Position numbers and translations under genes: made by a program
Notes under the pieces: model-generated
What the model was told of the DNA's origin: nothing
The model's input: only the letters and a program-made list of their open reading frames with translations
Database searches by the model: none
NCBI GenBank assembly: GCA_963707935.1
Contig: CAVPRN010000001.1
Span: 668,183 to 732,182 of the forward strand
Direction: 5' to 3'
From: an uncultured Acidobacteriota bacterium
GTDB taxonomy: Bacteria; Acidobacteriota; Thermoanaerobaculia; UBA5066; Gp7-AA6
Length of the DNA: 64,000 nt
Part shown: piece after piece, positions 62,462 through 64,000 of the stretch
Position numbering within the stretch: the first letter of the stretch is position 1
Layout of the letters: each line of letters begins with the position of its first letter

Positions 62462-64000
62462 TCAGGACGCGAGGTGGAGCCGCCGCACCAGGTCGCCGAA
62501 GCGGGGGTCCGATCGCAGCGGATCCCACAGGGGATTCACCCTGAGAAAGACGAGATCCCAGGTGTGGTCGACATATGCCTTTTCGAGCCACTCCAGAGCC
62601 CTGTCGGCGTCGCCAAACATGGCGTGAACCTGTGCGACATAAATGGGCGACACATATCGCTGCGCCGCGAGCGCCTCCAGCTTCTCGATTGTCTGATGCG
62701 CCTCCGACCGATGGCCGATCGCGGCCTGGCCCATCGCGAGGTCCCAGAGTCCCTGCGGATTGCTTCCTTGCAGCGCCGCCGCCTTCTCGTATTCCGCGCG
62801 GGCTTGCTCCGGCATCCTCTTCGCCACGAGAGCCTGGCCCAGGAAGCGATGCCTCATTGGCAGTTCCTCCGGTGCCTTGCGGACCTCCTCGATCGCGCGG
62901 TCGTTCTGGCGCGCATAGAGATAGGCCCTGGCGAGATTGGCTTGAAGGGTCCCCTCGAGTGGTGCGATTTCAAGTGCGCGCTGCAGCTGCGCGACCGCCT
63001 CGTCCGTGCGGCCGAGGGAAACCAGAAGCAGACCGTACCAGGAATGTGACGTCACATCCCGCGGATCGAGCGACTGGGCCTTCCGAAACTCCTCCTCCGC
63101 GGCCGGATAGTTCCAGTCGTAGCTCCAAAGGGAATACCCGAAGACGGCATGCGCTTGCGCGAGACTGTCGTCGATCTCGAGCGCCCTCTCCGCGGCCGCC
63201 CTGCTCTTCGGGATCGCGTCTCGAGGCGATATCGAGCTGTACGCAGTCGATCGCGCATAAGCGGCCGCGAGCCCCGCGTAGGCCTTGGCATAGGTCGGGT
63301 CTTTGTCGATCGCTTGATTGAAGTATTCGATGCTCTTCTTCAGCGGCTCTTCGGTTCTCTTCTCCCAGAAGTAGCGTCCCTTCAGATAGAGCTGGTAGGC
63401 TTCCGGATTCTGCGTGTAGCGCGTCGCCATGCGTTTCTTCGTTTCTCCGGCGAGCTGCCCCCGCAGCCTGGACGCGATCTGCCCGGCGATTTCCTCCTGG
63501 ACCGCCTGGAGGTCCGCGAGTTTCCGGTGGAACTGACCACCCCAGAGATGGCTGTTATCGCGAACATTCACGAGCTCCGCGGAGATTGAGAGGTCTTCCG
63601 CGTGCTGTACAAATTGTCCCTTGAGCACCGCCTGGACGTTGAGCTCGCGGCCGGCTGCTTGTGCAGTCGTCTGCCGGCCCCTGTACTGGGACACCGAGTC
63701 GCGCGACATGACGGTGAGGTGCGGCAGCTGGCCGAGGCTATTGATGAGTGCGTCGGTAATGCCGTCGCTCAGATAATCGACACCGGGATCGGCGCTGGCG
63801 TTAGCCAGGGGCAGGACGGCTAACGAGTCGATTGCTCTACTCGGGGCCCTGAGGAGGATCGCCGCGCCCGCGACGATGATCAGACCAACGACCACAGCGA
63901 CGATAACCCGAAGCCGGCGCGCGCGCGGCTCGGCGGCGGCCGGCACTCTGGTCTCTCGTAAGCCGGTTGGCGATACTGGAACCGACGACTGCTCCGCGAG
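62462..64000 (-). CDS. TM + TolB-N-like + TPR protein; 5' part (possibly a kinase) lies outside the window
   Basis: SLAVLPLAN..DYLSDGITDALINSL, NPEAYQLYLKGR, TPRs, DPLRSDPRF; frame open to the window edge. Confidence 0.85.
   Translation of the reverse strand, partial: LAEQSSVPVSPTGLRETRVPAAAEPRARRLRVIVAVVVGLIIVAGAAILLRAPSRAIDSLAVLPLANASADPGVDYLSDGITDALINSLGQLPHLTVMSRDSVSQYRGRQTTAQAAGRELNVQAVLKGQFVQHAEDLSISAELVNVRDNSHLWGGQFHRKLADLQAVQEEIAGQIASRLRGQLAGETKKRMATRYTQNPEAYQLYLKGRYFWEKRTEEPLKKSIEYFNQAIDKDPTYAKAYAGLAAAYARSTAYSSISPRDAIPKSRAAAERALEIDDSLAQAHAVFGYSLWSYDWNYPAAEEEFRKAQSLDPRDVTSHSWYGLLLVSLGRTDEAVAQLQRALEIAPLEGTLQANLARAYLYARQNDRAIEEVRKAPEELPMRHRFLGQALVAKRMPEQARAEYEKAAALQGSNPQGLWDLAMGQAAIGHRSEAHQTIEKLEALAAQRYVSPIYVAQVHAMFGDADRALEWLEKAYVDHTWDLVFLRVNPLWDPLRSDPRFGDLVRRLHLAS

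Overview
GC-rich bacterial chromosomal DNA. The gene content (expanded 'MTLAAGSRLGPY' Ser/Thr kinases with TolB/PD40 propellers, BNR proteins, secreted peptidases) suggests Acidobacteriota, probably Thermoanaerobaculia; this is inference only. Many genes carry single-base frameshifts, most likely long-read assembly errors. Left to right: a TetR-controlled ABC exporter; a nucleotidyltransferase TA-like pair; a MerR/GGDEF-PilZ/HK/RR/EAL c-di-GMP cluster; a TetR-TolC-MFP-RND efflux operon; a RAYT-type HUH transposase inside a perfect 31-bp inverted repeat; an array of membrane Ser/Thr kinases with two PIN toxin-antitoxin modules and a membrane metallophosphoesterase; secreted hydrolases; a 5x129-bp GTAG-REP tandem; an arsenic-resistance cluster; sulfatase, porin and TolB-N/TPR genes. 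Most notable: (1) in the kinase array the cargo units are preceded by short, variably decayed copies of the kinase 5' end ('stubs'), and the kinases are mosaics of kinase-domain and sensor-domain subtypes, suggesting a cassette-like array remodelled by recombination at the conserved kinase start; (2) the HUH transposase has TIR-like ends, with a 61-bp gene-less derivative 17 kb away. No rRNA, tRNA, CRISPR array or integrase was recognised.
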